64,000 nt of DNA, taken from NCBI GenBank assembly GCA_913057785.1, contig CAJXPD010000008.1, forward strand, positions 4,904 through 68,903, in the 5' to 3' direction. The notes under the pieces were generated by a model, which saw nothing but the letters and a program-made list of their open reading frames with translations, made no database searches and was not told where the DNA came from. This document shows, in pieces, positions 1 through 9,075 of this stretch (the first letter of the stretch is position 1; every line of letters begins with the position of its first letter). A program made the position numbers and the translations under genes. The DNA is from an uncultured Lewinella sp. Lineage in GTDB: Bacteria; Bacteroidota; Bacteroidia; Chitinophagales; Saprospiraceae.

Positions 1-228
1 AAACCAGCTGTTGATAGAATTAGGGCTACAGCAATTAGAAGAAACCACTTTTCTCGATCTCCTTAAGTTACTCATTTAGAAAATGGGCATTTGCCCCGTT
101 TTCCAAGTCTCTGAATTCCAAGAGTTTCACATCGGCCCTTTTTCAAATCAACTTGAGCTTGACCAAGTGTCAAATTCCCAAGTGGGAATGCAATTTATAC
201 AACCTATTCATCTCATACTCCGCAGACT

Positions 229-867
229 ATGAGCGATAAATGGCCGGTCGTGTACGTAATAGTCGTACCACTCTTTCTTCTTTTTCTTCTTGCCGGAGCG
301 AGCGTTTTGGTAGATATCCCGGTGGGGGATTTTACTAGAGATCCAGCCTACCTTGGGGAAATGGCACCCTGGTCGGGATTCCTATCTAATCTGGGCGTGT
401 TATCCTGGTGTGGCGGGGCTATGGTCTGTTTTATGGCATGGGGTGTATTATCTAGGCAGAAGACCCAGCCTAAGCTTGGCCTGTTCTACTTGCTAGCGGG
501 ATTGTATACGAGTCTTTTAATGCTAGATGACCTATTCCTTCTACACGAAGAGATTTTCCCGATCTTCTTACCCTTTGATGAGAAAATTATTTTTGGTGGA
601 TATGGACTGCTATTGATCTCCGGTCTTTACTATTTCAGAGATTTAGTGCTGGAAAGTAAATACCGGTTTCTGATCATAGCCATGGGCTTTTTTGCCATGT
701 CGGTAGGGATCGATTTGATTCAAGATGAAGTCGAGTTATTGCTGGGAGAGTGGAGGATTCTCTTTGAAGACGGATTTAAGTTTCTCGGAATAGTTTGTTG
801 GTTGGCCTACTTCTGGGAAAATACGCAATCAGACCTAAACAAGTTACTCAATAGCGCTGTGGAGTAA
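229..867 (+). CDS. multi-pass integral membrane protein, function unknown (paralog of next gene)
   Basis: 212-aa ATG ORF with several hydrophobic helices. Shares the motifs D-[DE]-x4-H-E (LDDLFLLHEE) and E-[DE]-x2-[KE]-x2-G with the adjacent ORF. Confidence 0.6.
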   Translation: MSDKWPVVYVIVVPLFLLFLLAGASVLVDIPVGDFTRDPAYLGEMAPWSGFLSNLGVLSWCGGAMVCFMAWGVLSRQKTQPKLGLFYLLAGLYTSLLMLDDLFLLHEEIFPIFLPFDEKIIFGGYGLLLISGLYYFRDLVLESKYRFLIIAMGFFAMSVGIDLIQDEVELLLGEWRILFEDGFKFLGIVCWLAYFWENTQSDLNKLLNSAVE

Positions 868-896
868 ACTCCTCCCGGTAATGAAAGAAATTGGTT

Positions 897-1592
897 ATGG
901 AAGTTCAACTTTGCCCTAAAGGGGCCGCAAAAACACTACTTTTTATCCTTGGATTACTACTTTCAGCAAATATCTTGGCAATTAGCTTTAGATATTTTCC
1001 TAGGACCTTATTTACCTCAGCCTTACAATTATTTGACTTCAACACCGAAAATAGTTTTCCTACTTTATACTCCTTCATTATTCTCCTATTATCGGCTGGA
1101 CTTCTAGGTTTGATTGGAATGCTAAGCCGGCAACAAGGTAAGCGGGGCAGAGGATGGTTTATTCTATCCCTAGTGTTCTTGTTCTTGGCGGTCGATGAGA
1201 CTTTGATGATCCACGAAGCTTTAATGATCCCTGTACGTGAGACGCTCAATACTACAGGTTTTTTGTATTACGCCTGGATTATTCCCTATAGCATCTTACT
1301 CGTTCTTTTGTTTTTTATTCTTCTTCCCTTTATCGTCAAACTTCCCAACGATACCCGCAGAAACTTCTTTCTCGCTGGATTTATTTTTGTGGCCGGAGCC
1401 ATTGGGGTTGAGGCGATCACGGGTTGGCACGTGACGGCTTTTGGGGATAAGAATGTAGGATTCGAGATCCTGTACACGATAGAAGAACTGCTAGAGATGG
1501 TAGGTGTAGTCCTGTTCATTTATGCGCTGCTGAATCATATCAGCCGGTATACGCATCTGGCGACCATCATTGTTGGGAAAAAGATTAGTTAA
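897..1592 (+). CDS. multi-pass integral membrane protein, function unknown (paralog of previous gene)
   Basis: The ORF-track start 891 is TTG; the first ATG is at 897. Hydrophobic throughout. Motifs VDETLMIHE and IEELLEMVG align with the upstream paralog. Confidence 0.6.
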   Translation: MEVQLCPKGAAKTLLFILGLLLSANILAISFRYFPRTLFTSALQLFDFNTENSFPTLYSFIILLLSAGLLGLIGMLSRQQGKRGRGWFILSLVFLFLAVDETLMIHEALMIPVRETLNTTGFLYYAWIIPYSILLVLLFFILLPFIVKLPNDTRRNFFLAGFIFVAGAIGVEAITGWHVTAFGDKNVGFEILYTIEELLEMVGVVLFIYALLNHISRYTHLATIIVGKKIS

Positions 1593-2124
1593 GGTCAGAC
1601 TTATTGACATTATACTCTTTTCCCATCCACCTTGCCTTCCATCCTTCTTTTGGGGTGAAAGACCTGGGACGTCCTATGTCTAAGAAATAAGCTAATGGTT
1701 TCTTCTAGCTGACATAAAAAACATGCTGTTTGTGTTCGATGCTATTTTATCTTTTGGAGGCTGGGCAGGTACAGATCAAATCGATCAAGCTGAATCGAAA
1801 GATAATTTGCTTCCTTCCTACTCTTACTGAGGAAGCCTTGAGATGTCTAAAAGGAACTTACTTGACCATTCTTGTTGTCTACTCAAATTAAGTTCTTGGT
1901 CAGAGATAGATTTTTCCTAGCAATTGCAACCTTGCCACCCTTTCCCAAGTAAAAAACTTTAGGCATTTTAGGCGTAAACTGAAGTTTGTCAAGTCAATAA
2001 GCCTTAAGCCTAGATGAACAGAGCATAATGTCCCGCAATATTTAGATGAATTCTTCCAGTAGTTCCTGGTTATTTCTCTAAAGACCTACTTCAAGTAAAA
2101 TCCATTTAAATTCTAACAAATAGT

Positions 2125-5019
2125 ATGAACAGGCACCTGATACTCCGCGATCATGGCCTGGCGGCTACTGTTATAGCAGACACTTCCCTCGAACAGCCCC
2201 AGGTATCAATCATTCACAATGATGATTACACGAAGGCCTTTCCCGTGATTGGAGACATTGCATTCTTTAATGAGTCTGATTTTTATTCTGAAAAGATCCT
2301 GCAGGATAGATGTGAGCAATTGCTAAAAAGCACGGTAGAGACGGTCGATGCCTACGAGCAGTTTGTAAGGCAAAAAGGACGTCGCCCTAATTACGATATA
2401 TATGCTTGTTTCCAACCTTTTAACGAGGCATTCAAAGCACTTTATCCATTTCTTCCGAGCCTAAAGAAACGTCTGAAACCTGGTGATTTACTACTCAATC
2501 TTTGGGATCGAACCGGTTGGAATGCGGCCCTATTGGCCGGTCTTTTCCCCGAGCAAAAAGTGATTTCAATTTGGGAGGGTGATAAAGATGTGCTAGGCTA
2601 TAAGGGGTTTTATTTCTGGTATCAGAATCAGGAAGAAGGGCAAGGCTTTCAAGTTGCCTTTGCTAATTTGGAAAAACCACTTCCCTTTGCGGACAACTCT
2701 GTGGCGCTTGTGGTGGGCTTAGATACCTTCCATCGCTTCGACCAATCCTTGATGTTGAGCGAGATGTTGAGAATAACCACAGATGATGCTGCCATTGTAT
2801 TTCCGCACGTGCACCTTTCCAATAATGAACCCGATCCCTTCTTTGAGCGAGGATGTCGACAATTGCATGGCACGGATTATGACCGCTTCTTTCAGCGAAT
2901 GCTTAGCAAGACCGAAAGGGTGGGAATGGTTTTCCCAGAGCCTGAGATGTTTGCCTTGAATGAGCTATCAGAGAGCGGGCTTGCGCCACTGCAGTCACAA
3001 CCCGATTCTCATCACTATAACTCTTGTATTGCTATTCTGCCAAAGTACTGGGTACAAGAAGAACAGCTGCAAGCCTTCCGTTTTAAAGATCTTGGATCGA
3101 TCGATGATTGTCACATCTTGATTAATCCGCTCCTAGATATCAGCCTACATCAGGCGGTCGTTCGCCTCAATCGTGGCTATCTTTCAGATCGGGTGGGATA
3201 CCTTTTAGATCGCCATCCCATCTACATGGAAAAACTAAGAAAAGCAGCTGATTATAAATTGTCTGAGCTAGAATGCAAATTGTTGTTTTGGGCAGGGCAG
3301 TTGCTTTCGGTAGCTGAAATTGCAGATAAGACGGGTTACGCGGTGGAGGATCTAGCCGCCGCCTTGGAGGAGTTGCAGACTAGAGACATTCTGCAGGTTG
3401 TACCTGTCTCCAAACAGAGTATTCGTCTGCAGGCATTTGTAAGTACCCAGACTTATGTGGTCCCTAAAAATGAGCAGACCATCAATGCGCTTTGGGAGCG
3501 TGCTGTCCGAAATTATTCGGAAGAACTGTTTTTGATTTCTGAAATGGATGAGAGTGAGTTTACTTATGAAGATAGCAATCAATTGATCAAACAAATCCAG
3601 GCGCGCTTGTTGAAGGCAGGACTGCAGAAAGGGGATAAGTTAGCCATTGTAAGCCCTAATCATTTTGAAGGGGTCCTGAGTCTACTGGCAGCTACGCAAT
3701 TGGGTTTGGTAGTGGTACCCATAGAATATGACCTTCCTGAGAGCTCAATACGATATATTTTAGACCAAGTTCAGCCTAAACTAACCTTCCTCAGCCCTAC
3801 CAATTTTGAGCGCTTATCGTCCCTCCTAAGTGCTGAACATACCATTGTATTTGACGAGGAAGAAGAAACAGAAGGCACGCTGTTTTCGGATTGGCTCATG
3901 GATATTGAGGAGGAGGTTGAAGCACCGAGTGCAGCAGTACATGAAAGAGATCTTGCTGTGATCTTGTACACCTCTGGTTCTACAGGCTTGCCGAAAGGGG
4001 TTCAGCTATCCCATGGACATCTGATGCGTAGTGCCAGATTGATTAGCGAGACCTACCAATGGCGCAAGACGGATCGGTTCTTGGCCTTGGGTGAACTAGA
4101 TAGCATGAGTGGTTTGCGAAATTGCTGTTTTGCACCATTGGAAGTAGGTGCCGCAGTAGTTATTCCCGACGCCCGAAATAAAGGCAATCTTTTCGGTATT
4201 TGTGAAGCGATCGGCAACTTTGAAACTACACTTTTGGGCACTACTCCAGCCTTCTTAAATCAAGCTGTCAAATTTGAACGGAGGGTTAAAGCAGATCTAA
4301 GAAGTTTAAGACAAGTAATCTGTACGGGAAGTAATCTGTACCCCGCCTTGCGGAAATCATTCCTCGAAATTTTCAGTATCCCGATCCTTAATTATTACGG
4401 TTTGACCGAAACCACGGGCATTTGCACTGCAGAAACGGAAGAGAATCATCAACTTGATCAACACACTATCGGCATACCTGTGGCTTGCATCGCTCAAATC
4501 CTCACGGACGAAGGTAAATTGGCTAAGCCTGGCGAAAAAGGGGAACTCCGTATTTACAGTGAAAATATAATGATGGGCTATTACGCCAACCCAAAACTTA
4601 CGGCCCAAGTGGTGAGAGATGGCTGGTTCTATACAGGGGACTATGCCAGTTTTACGGAAGAGGGACACATTGAGCTGATGGGGCGTAAACGCGATATCAT
4701 CAAGACCGCCGACGGGAACCTAGTATTCGCTTCAGAAATTGAAGATTGCCTACAAGAGCAAACAGACCTCATCAAAGAAGCGGCTGTCACTGCCATCCAC
4801 GAAGACGGAATGGAAAAGATCATTGCTTTCATCGTGCCTGAATCCACGGAAGCTGATTTGCGGGAGCTGGAAAAGAGCTTGAAAGCACATGTTATCAATC
4901 GACTAGGGAAAAGGAAGGCACCGCTGCGTTTTGTTCCTATTTCCGATATCCCGATTTCTGCGAATGGTAAGGTCCTAAAAGCACAACTTATTGAACAATA
5001 TCTTCAAGAATCCCTATAA
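2125..5019 (+). CDS. fusion protein: N-terminal methyltransferase-like plus winged-helix-like region, C-terminal adenylate-forming (AMP-binding) enzyme
   Basis: 964 aa. The C-terminal half has ANL-superfamily core motifs: YTSGSTGLPKG, YYGLTETTG, WFYTGD..GRKRDIIK, ANGKV. The N-terminal ~480 aa has a Rossmann-like stretch (LLLNLWDRTGW..VISIWEGD) with a degenerate SAM motif. Confidence 0.8.
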   Translation: MNRHLILRDHGLAATVIADTSLEQPQVSIIHNDDYTKAFPVIGDIAFFNESDFYSEKILQDRCEQLLKSTVETVDAYEQFVRQKGRRPNYDIYACFQPFNEAFKALYPFLPSLKKRLKPGDLLLNLWDRTGWNAALLAGLFPEQKVISIWEGDKDVLGYKGFYFWYQNQEEGQGFQVAFANLEKPLPFADNSVALVVGLDTFHRFDQSLMLSEMLRITTDDAAIVFPHVHLSNNEPDPFFERGCRQLHGTDYDRFFQRMLSKTERVGMVFPEPEMFALNELSESGLAPLQSQPDSHHYNSCIAILPKYWVQEEQLQAFRFKDLGSIDDCHILINPLLDISLHQAVVRLNRGYLSDRVGYLLDRHPIYMEKLRKAADYKLSELECKLLFWAGQLLSVAEIADKTGYAVEDLAAALEELQTRDILQVVPVSKQSIRLQAFVSTQTYVVPKNEQTINALWERAVRNYSEELFLISEMDESEFTYEDSNQLIKQIQARLLKAGLQKGDKLAIVSPNHFEGVLSLLAATQLGLVVVPIEYDLPESSIRYILDQVQPKLTFLSPTNFERLSSLLSAEHTIVFDEEEETEGTLFSDWLMDIEEEVEAPSAAVHERDLAVILYTSGSTGLPKGVQLSHGHLMRSARLISETYQWRKTDRFLALGELDSMSGLRNCCFAPLEVGAAVVIPDARNKGNLFGICEAIGNFETTLLGTTPAFLNQAVKFERRVKADLRSLRQVICTGSNLYPALRKSFLEIFSIPILNYYGLTETTGICTAETEENHQLDQHTIGIPVACIAQILTDEGKLAKPGEKGELRIYSENIMMGYYANPKLTAQVVRDGWFYTGDYASFTEEGHIELMGRKRDIIKTADGNLVFASEIEDCLQEQTDLIKEAAVTAIHEDGMEKIIAFIVPESTEADLRELEKSLKAHVINRLGKRKAPLRFVPISDIPISANGKVLKAQLIEQYLQESL

Positions 5020-5031
5020 GCTAGACGCAAA

Positions 5032-6864
5032 ATGACAGACACCGTTGCAATTTTCAAAAGACTAGAAGACAAAAAAATACAATCGAAGCTATTCGCCCAG
5101 CTCGATAAGAAATATACTTATGCTGATCTCCACACCGGATTAGCTAAAATGACGACCTACTTCCAACAAAAAGGCCTAAGCCAGGGAGATCGTTTAATCA
5201 TTTCCTCTAGAGATAATTATGCCGTTAGCATCCTTTTTCTTTCTTGTTTGAAAAATGGCATCACCGCGATGATGTTGGACCCCGATATGGGGACGATCCG
5301 AGCGAACGAATTGATCAAGCTAACAGAGCCTAAGGGCTTGTTGGTAGATCATGAGCTTACTGCAGCCTGGTCTCTTGCAGATAAGACTGAGTTTATCTTG
5401 CCGATCAAGAAGGAAAAACAAAAGAAAGGATTGCTGTTCAAGAAGATGCTTAAGAGCAAGAGCAATGGAGCGCAAAAGGCGACGACCTTTCCGGCTATTC
5501 TCAATCAACTAGAGGAAGGAGATGGACCGAGTCAGATAGATCCAGAGAGCACTGCTTACATCCTGTTTACCTCTGGCTCTACCTCCACACCCAAGGCTGT
5601 GCAGATCAGTCATCGGGCTTTGTGGGCCAATTTGAATACGATAGTGAAAGTGTATAATATCGAGGAAGGGGATAGAGTATTCAATATCCTAACAGCCTAT
5701 CATACAGATGGTATTATTCAAGGCCCTGTGCTGGCTGTCCTAAACACACATAGCTGGTATCATCCTTTTGAATTTGCGATCGACAAGATCGAAGCGATTT
5801 TCGACAGCATCTATAAATATCGGATTACCCATTTCATTACTGTTCCAACCATGCTGGCTTTCCTCAATAAATTCTCGGATGGATTTGAGGATACCTTTGA
5901 CAATGCCGATTTTAAGAGCATAATCACCTCCGCCTCTCCCTTGGAAGTTGAATTATGGAAGACCTTTGAACAGAAGTTCAATACCCGGATCGTCAATAAC
6001 TACGGCTTGACGGAAACAGTGGTAGGGGCCAGTTATTGCGGACCAAGCCCGTCCACACATCGCATCGGATCAGTGGGCGTGCCAGTGGATTGTGAATTCA
6101 AAATCATCAACGAGACGGGAGAGACCTTAGGAGATAATGAACAAGGTGAATTACTCATTAAAGGAGATAACTTGCTGACGAATTACCTGAATAATGAAGA
6201 AGCGACAGCGGCCGCCATACAAGATGGTTGGTTTCATACAGGTGATTTTGCCAAACGTGATGAGGATGGCTTCTACTACATCGTCGGACGCAAGAAAAAC
6301 CTGATCATTTCGGGAGGAATCAATATACAACCGGAAGAAGTAACCGCGGTATTAAATAGCCACCCAGCGGTACTAGAATCAGCATCCTTAGGTTTACCAG
6401 ATGATATTTTTGGGGAGAAACTAGTAGCAGCTGTTGTACTCAATACAGGTACTTCGGTCGATGAATTGGCCTTGGTTGAGCACTGCCGAACAGAGTTAGA
6501 GGAGGCTAAGGTGCCAAAGAAGATTCATTTTGTGAGTGCTATACCCAAGACAGGCTCTGGAAAGATCAAATATCAGGAGGTGACGGAACTGCTGAAGGCC
6601 GATAAAGAACTGGTACTAAGCAATGGTGATCACGGTTATACCGAGGGCATCCTCGCCGCTGCGGCAGATGCGTTCAAAATAGATGCTTCTAAATTAGATA
6701 TGAAGGGGGATTCCTTGAGTATCGATGGCTGGGATTCCATGGCCCATTTGGTCTTTATTACGAATCTAGAAGATCAATTTAAAGTGCGCTTTAATTCCAA
6801 GGAGATCATGGTGATGAATACCTTGGCAGAGGCTGAGCAGATTCTCGCTGCAAAACTGAACTAG
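5032..6864 (+). CDS. adenylating enzyme fused to a C-terminal acyl/peptidyl carrier domain (A-T didomain, DltA+DltC-like)
   Basis: 610 aa. Motifs FTSGSTSTPKA, NNYGLTETV, WFHTGD..GRKKNLIISGG, GSGKI. The C-terminal ~80 aa has a carrier-protein signature, IDGWDSMAHL (Ser569, codon 6736-6738). Confidence 0.85.
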   Translation: MTDTVAIFKRLEDKKIQSKLFAQLDKKYTYADLHTGLAKMTTYFQQKGLSQGDRLIISSRDNYAVSILFLSCLKNGITAMMLDPDMGTIRANELIKLTEPKGLLVDHELTAAWSLADKTEFILPIKKEKQKKGLLFKKMLKSKSNGAQKATTFPAILNQLEEGDGPSQIDPESTAYILFTSGSTSTPKAVQISHRALWANLNTIVKVYNIEEGDRVFNILTAYHTDGIIQGPVLAVLNTHSWYHPFEFAIDKIEAIFDSIYKYRITHFITVPTMLAFLNKFSDGFEDTFDNADFKSIITSASPLEVELWKTFEQKFNTRIVNNYGLTETVVGASYCGPSPSTHRIGSVGVPVDCEFKIINETGETLGDNEQGELLIKGDNLLTNYLNNEEATAAAIQDGWFHTGDFAKRDEDGFYYIVGRKKNLIISGGINIQPEEVTAVLNSHPAVLESASLGLPDDIFGEKLVAAVVLNTGTSVDELALVEHCRTELEEAKVPKKIHFVSAIPKTGSGKIKYQEVTELLKADKELVLSNGDHGYTEGILAAAADAFKIDASKLDMKGDSLSIDGWDSMAHLVFITNLEDQFKVRFNSKEIMVMNTLAEAEQILAAKLN

Positions 6865-6866
6865 GA

Positions 6867-7745
6867 ATGAAGCACAGATTTCCTCCTTTGTGGGTGTGGG
6901 CTTGTACCATGGGCTTTGTGATGCTAACAGTCTTTGTCATAGGTAGTTCTGGAATCATTGATATACGCCATGGCTTTGGAACCAATTATGGGAGCTTCAG
7001 AAGCCGTCTAGCGCATTTGAAATCCACTGCCGAAATCAACGAAGGCGATAAGGTGGTTGTGGTGATTGGTTCTTCTTTCACGGCCATGGCTGTGGATCAT
7101 CGGCCTTTCTTCTATGATAAGTACCAACAGAGTCATGGGGGTAACCTACATGTGTTCAAGCTATACATGTATGGTTGCAATGCTGAAGTTTTCCAGAGAC
7201 TTCCGGAATTCTTCGAAATGGCTGCATCCTTGCAGCCGGACATCGTCTGTGTGGAGGAACACCTATTGGCCATTAATGAAAATCCAGATACAGATGGCAT
7301 GAGCATACCGAGCTGGATAAGTGACTTCAATTTAGGCGTAAACGCCATAAGAAGTTACTTTCTTCCAGAGTCGGATAGTACAGAATGGCATGATGTACCC
7401 ACCTTTGAGTTCTTCTGGAAATACCATGATACTACTTATCACGCGGATTCGTTGGAGGTCGGTCAAAAACCGAATTACCAGGTAAGAAACTATGCCAGCA
7501 ATCGCCGATTAAATAAGTGGCTCAAGACATATGTGCCTGACAACACACATATAGTATGCATCAGTATACCCAGAGCTCCACATGCCGAAGAAAAGTTGGC
7601 CAAACTTAGAGGTCAGGAAGACTACTTGAGCTTGAGGGATAAATACGAGGAACAACATGAGGTAGACTTTTGGATATTCCCAGATACCCTGCCCTATATC
7701 ATGTATTCGGGAGATGATCATTTGAATATGACGGGGATGCGTTGA
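6867..7745 (+). CDS. membrane-anchored SGNH-like acyltransferase/esterase (DltD/AlgJ-like)
   Basis: 292 aa with an N-terminal TM anchor. VVVIGSSFT (candidate nucleophile Ser block) and GDDHLNMTG near the C-terminus (a DxxH-type block as in DltD/AlgJ/AlgX). Starts 2 nt after the carrier gene. Confidence 0.55.
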   Translation: MKHRFPPLWVWACTMGFVMLTVFVIGSSGIIDIRHGFGTNYGSFRSRLAHLKSTAEINEGDKVVVVIGSSFTAMAVDHRPFFYDKYQQSHGGNLHVFKLYMYGCNAEVFQRLPEFFEMAASLQPDIVCVEEHLLAINENPDTDGMSIPSWISDFNLGVNAIRSYFLPESDSTEWHDVPTFEFFWKYHDTTYHADSLEVGQKPNYQVRNYASNRRLNKWLKTYVPDNTHIVCISIPRAPHAEEKLAKLRGQEDYLSLRDKYEEQHEVDFWIFPDTLPYIMYSGDDHLNMTGMR

Positions 7746-7792
7746 TACTCAAATTGGTTGAGCGAGCAAATTGAAAAGCAACTTCACCCCTG

Positions 7793-8923
7793 ATGGATAT
7801 TCTAAACCTCATATTGGCATTCTTGGCTGTTCTGGTACCGATTTGCTGGTTGGTGCCCAGCAAATGGCAGGTCTGGGCTATTGTCGTAGGGACTTTGGCG
7901 TTTCTGTTGTGGCAGTCTCCGATTTCCGTTGCCATTCTTGCATTTACCACCGTAAGTAGTTATGGAATTTTCCAATCGGGTCTGAATAGGGCGTGGGCCA
8001 CGATAATGATTCTGTTGCAATCCATAGGACTATTTGTTCTGTACAAAGCAAACTGGGCTCCCGATGTATTGCAAGATGGTAATCGATTGATACCCTTAGG
8101 CTTATCGTACTATTCCTTTCGACAGATTCACTATGCTATCGAGCAATACAAGGAGAAAGTTCCAATACATAGTTTTGGGGAGTACGTGTGCTATATGTTC
8201 TTTTTACCGACCATCTTAGTGGGGCCTATCAATCGTTTTCCCACCTTCATGCGCCATCTGCGACGGCGACGGTGGGATGAACAGATGTTTGCGGATGGCT
8301 TAGAACGGATATTATATGGCTATGCGAAGATTGTGATCTTGGGTAATTTTTTGGTGTCACGGATCATAGCAGAGGCGATTGAAGACATTGATCATCAGTA
8401 TATCTGGCTGAAGACCTATTTGGAGTCCATCAATTTCTTGCTTAATACCTACTTCCAGTTCGCTGGCTTTTCCGATGTAGCTATTGGTCTAGCACTCCTC
8501 TGTGGCTTTAGAGTGATGGAAAATTTCAACTACCCACTCAGCGCACCGAATATCAATGAATTCTGGAATCGCTGGCATATTTCGCTATCGTCTTGGTGCA
8601 AAGACTACGTCTACATACCCGTTGCCAGCATCACTCGGCAGCCCATTTGGGGGATCATTTTTACGATGTTGGTTATCGGACTCTGGCATGAATTGTCCAT
8701 GAAATATATTATCTGGGGATTGTTTCATGGCATAGGTATTGCCATTTGGCATCTCTATAAGAATAGTGGAATAGCAAATCGCCTGACGAAAAATTTGCCT
8801 TATTACGAATTCTGGGCAAAAGTGCTGACTTTCCACTTTGTGGTTTTGAGTTTCGTTATCGTAATGGAACCTGATTGGATTTCTGTTTGGGAGCGATATA
8901 AGATTTTACTGTTTTTTAACTAG
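7793..8923 (+). CDS. membrane-bound O-acyltransferase (MBOAT), DltB/AlgI-like
   Basis: 376 aa, polytopic. Signature FWNRWHISLSSWCKDYVYIP with the conserved MBOAT histidine (H262, codon 8576-8578). Confidence 0.85.
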   Translation: MDILNLILAFLAVLVPICWLVPSKWQVWAIVVGTLAFLLWQSPISVAILAFTTVSSYGIFQSGLNRAWATIMILLQSIGLFVLYKANWAPDVLQDGNRLIPLGLSYYSFRQIHYAIEQYKEKVPIHSFGEYVCYMFFLPTILVGPINRFPTFMRHLRRRRWDEQMFADGLERILYGYAKIVILGNFLVSRIIAEAIEDIDHQYIWLKTYLESINFLLNTYFQFAGFSDVAIGLALLCGFRVMENFNYPLSAPNINEFWNRWHISLSSWCKDYVYIPVASITRQPIWGIIFTMLVIGLWHELSMKYIIWGLFHGIGIAIWHLYKNSGIANRLTKNLPYYEFWAKVLTFHFVVLSFVIVMEPDWISVWERYKILLFFN

Positions 8924-8928
8924 AAAGT

Positions 8929-9066
8929 ATGTACGAATTTCTGCTCAAATATCTATCGGTTCGCTGGGCCAATGTGGGAATTATACTTTGGTATACTTTT
9001 TTAGTGCTATTGATCCTGTATATGATGCAGGTGGAAGAGGCCAATTTTCGATATATCGATTACTAG
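8929..9066 (+). CDS. 45-aa single-pass micro-protein, DltX-like candidate
   Basis: Not in the ORF track (<60 aa). ATG 8929, TAG 9064-9066, 5 nt after the MBOAT stop. My translation is MYEFLLKYLSVRWANVGIILWYTFLVLLILYMMQVEEANFRYIDY: one TM helix, then the C-terminal motif F-R-Y-I-D-Y. Confidence 0.4.
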   Translation: MYEFLLKYLSVRWANVGIILWYTFLVLLILYMMQVEEANFRYIDY

Positions 9067-9075
9067 TTCAGCGCT

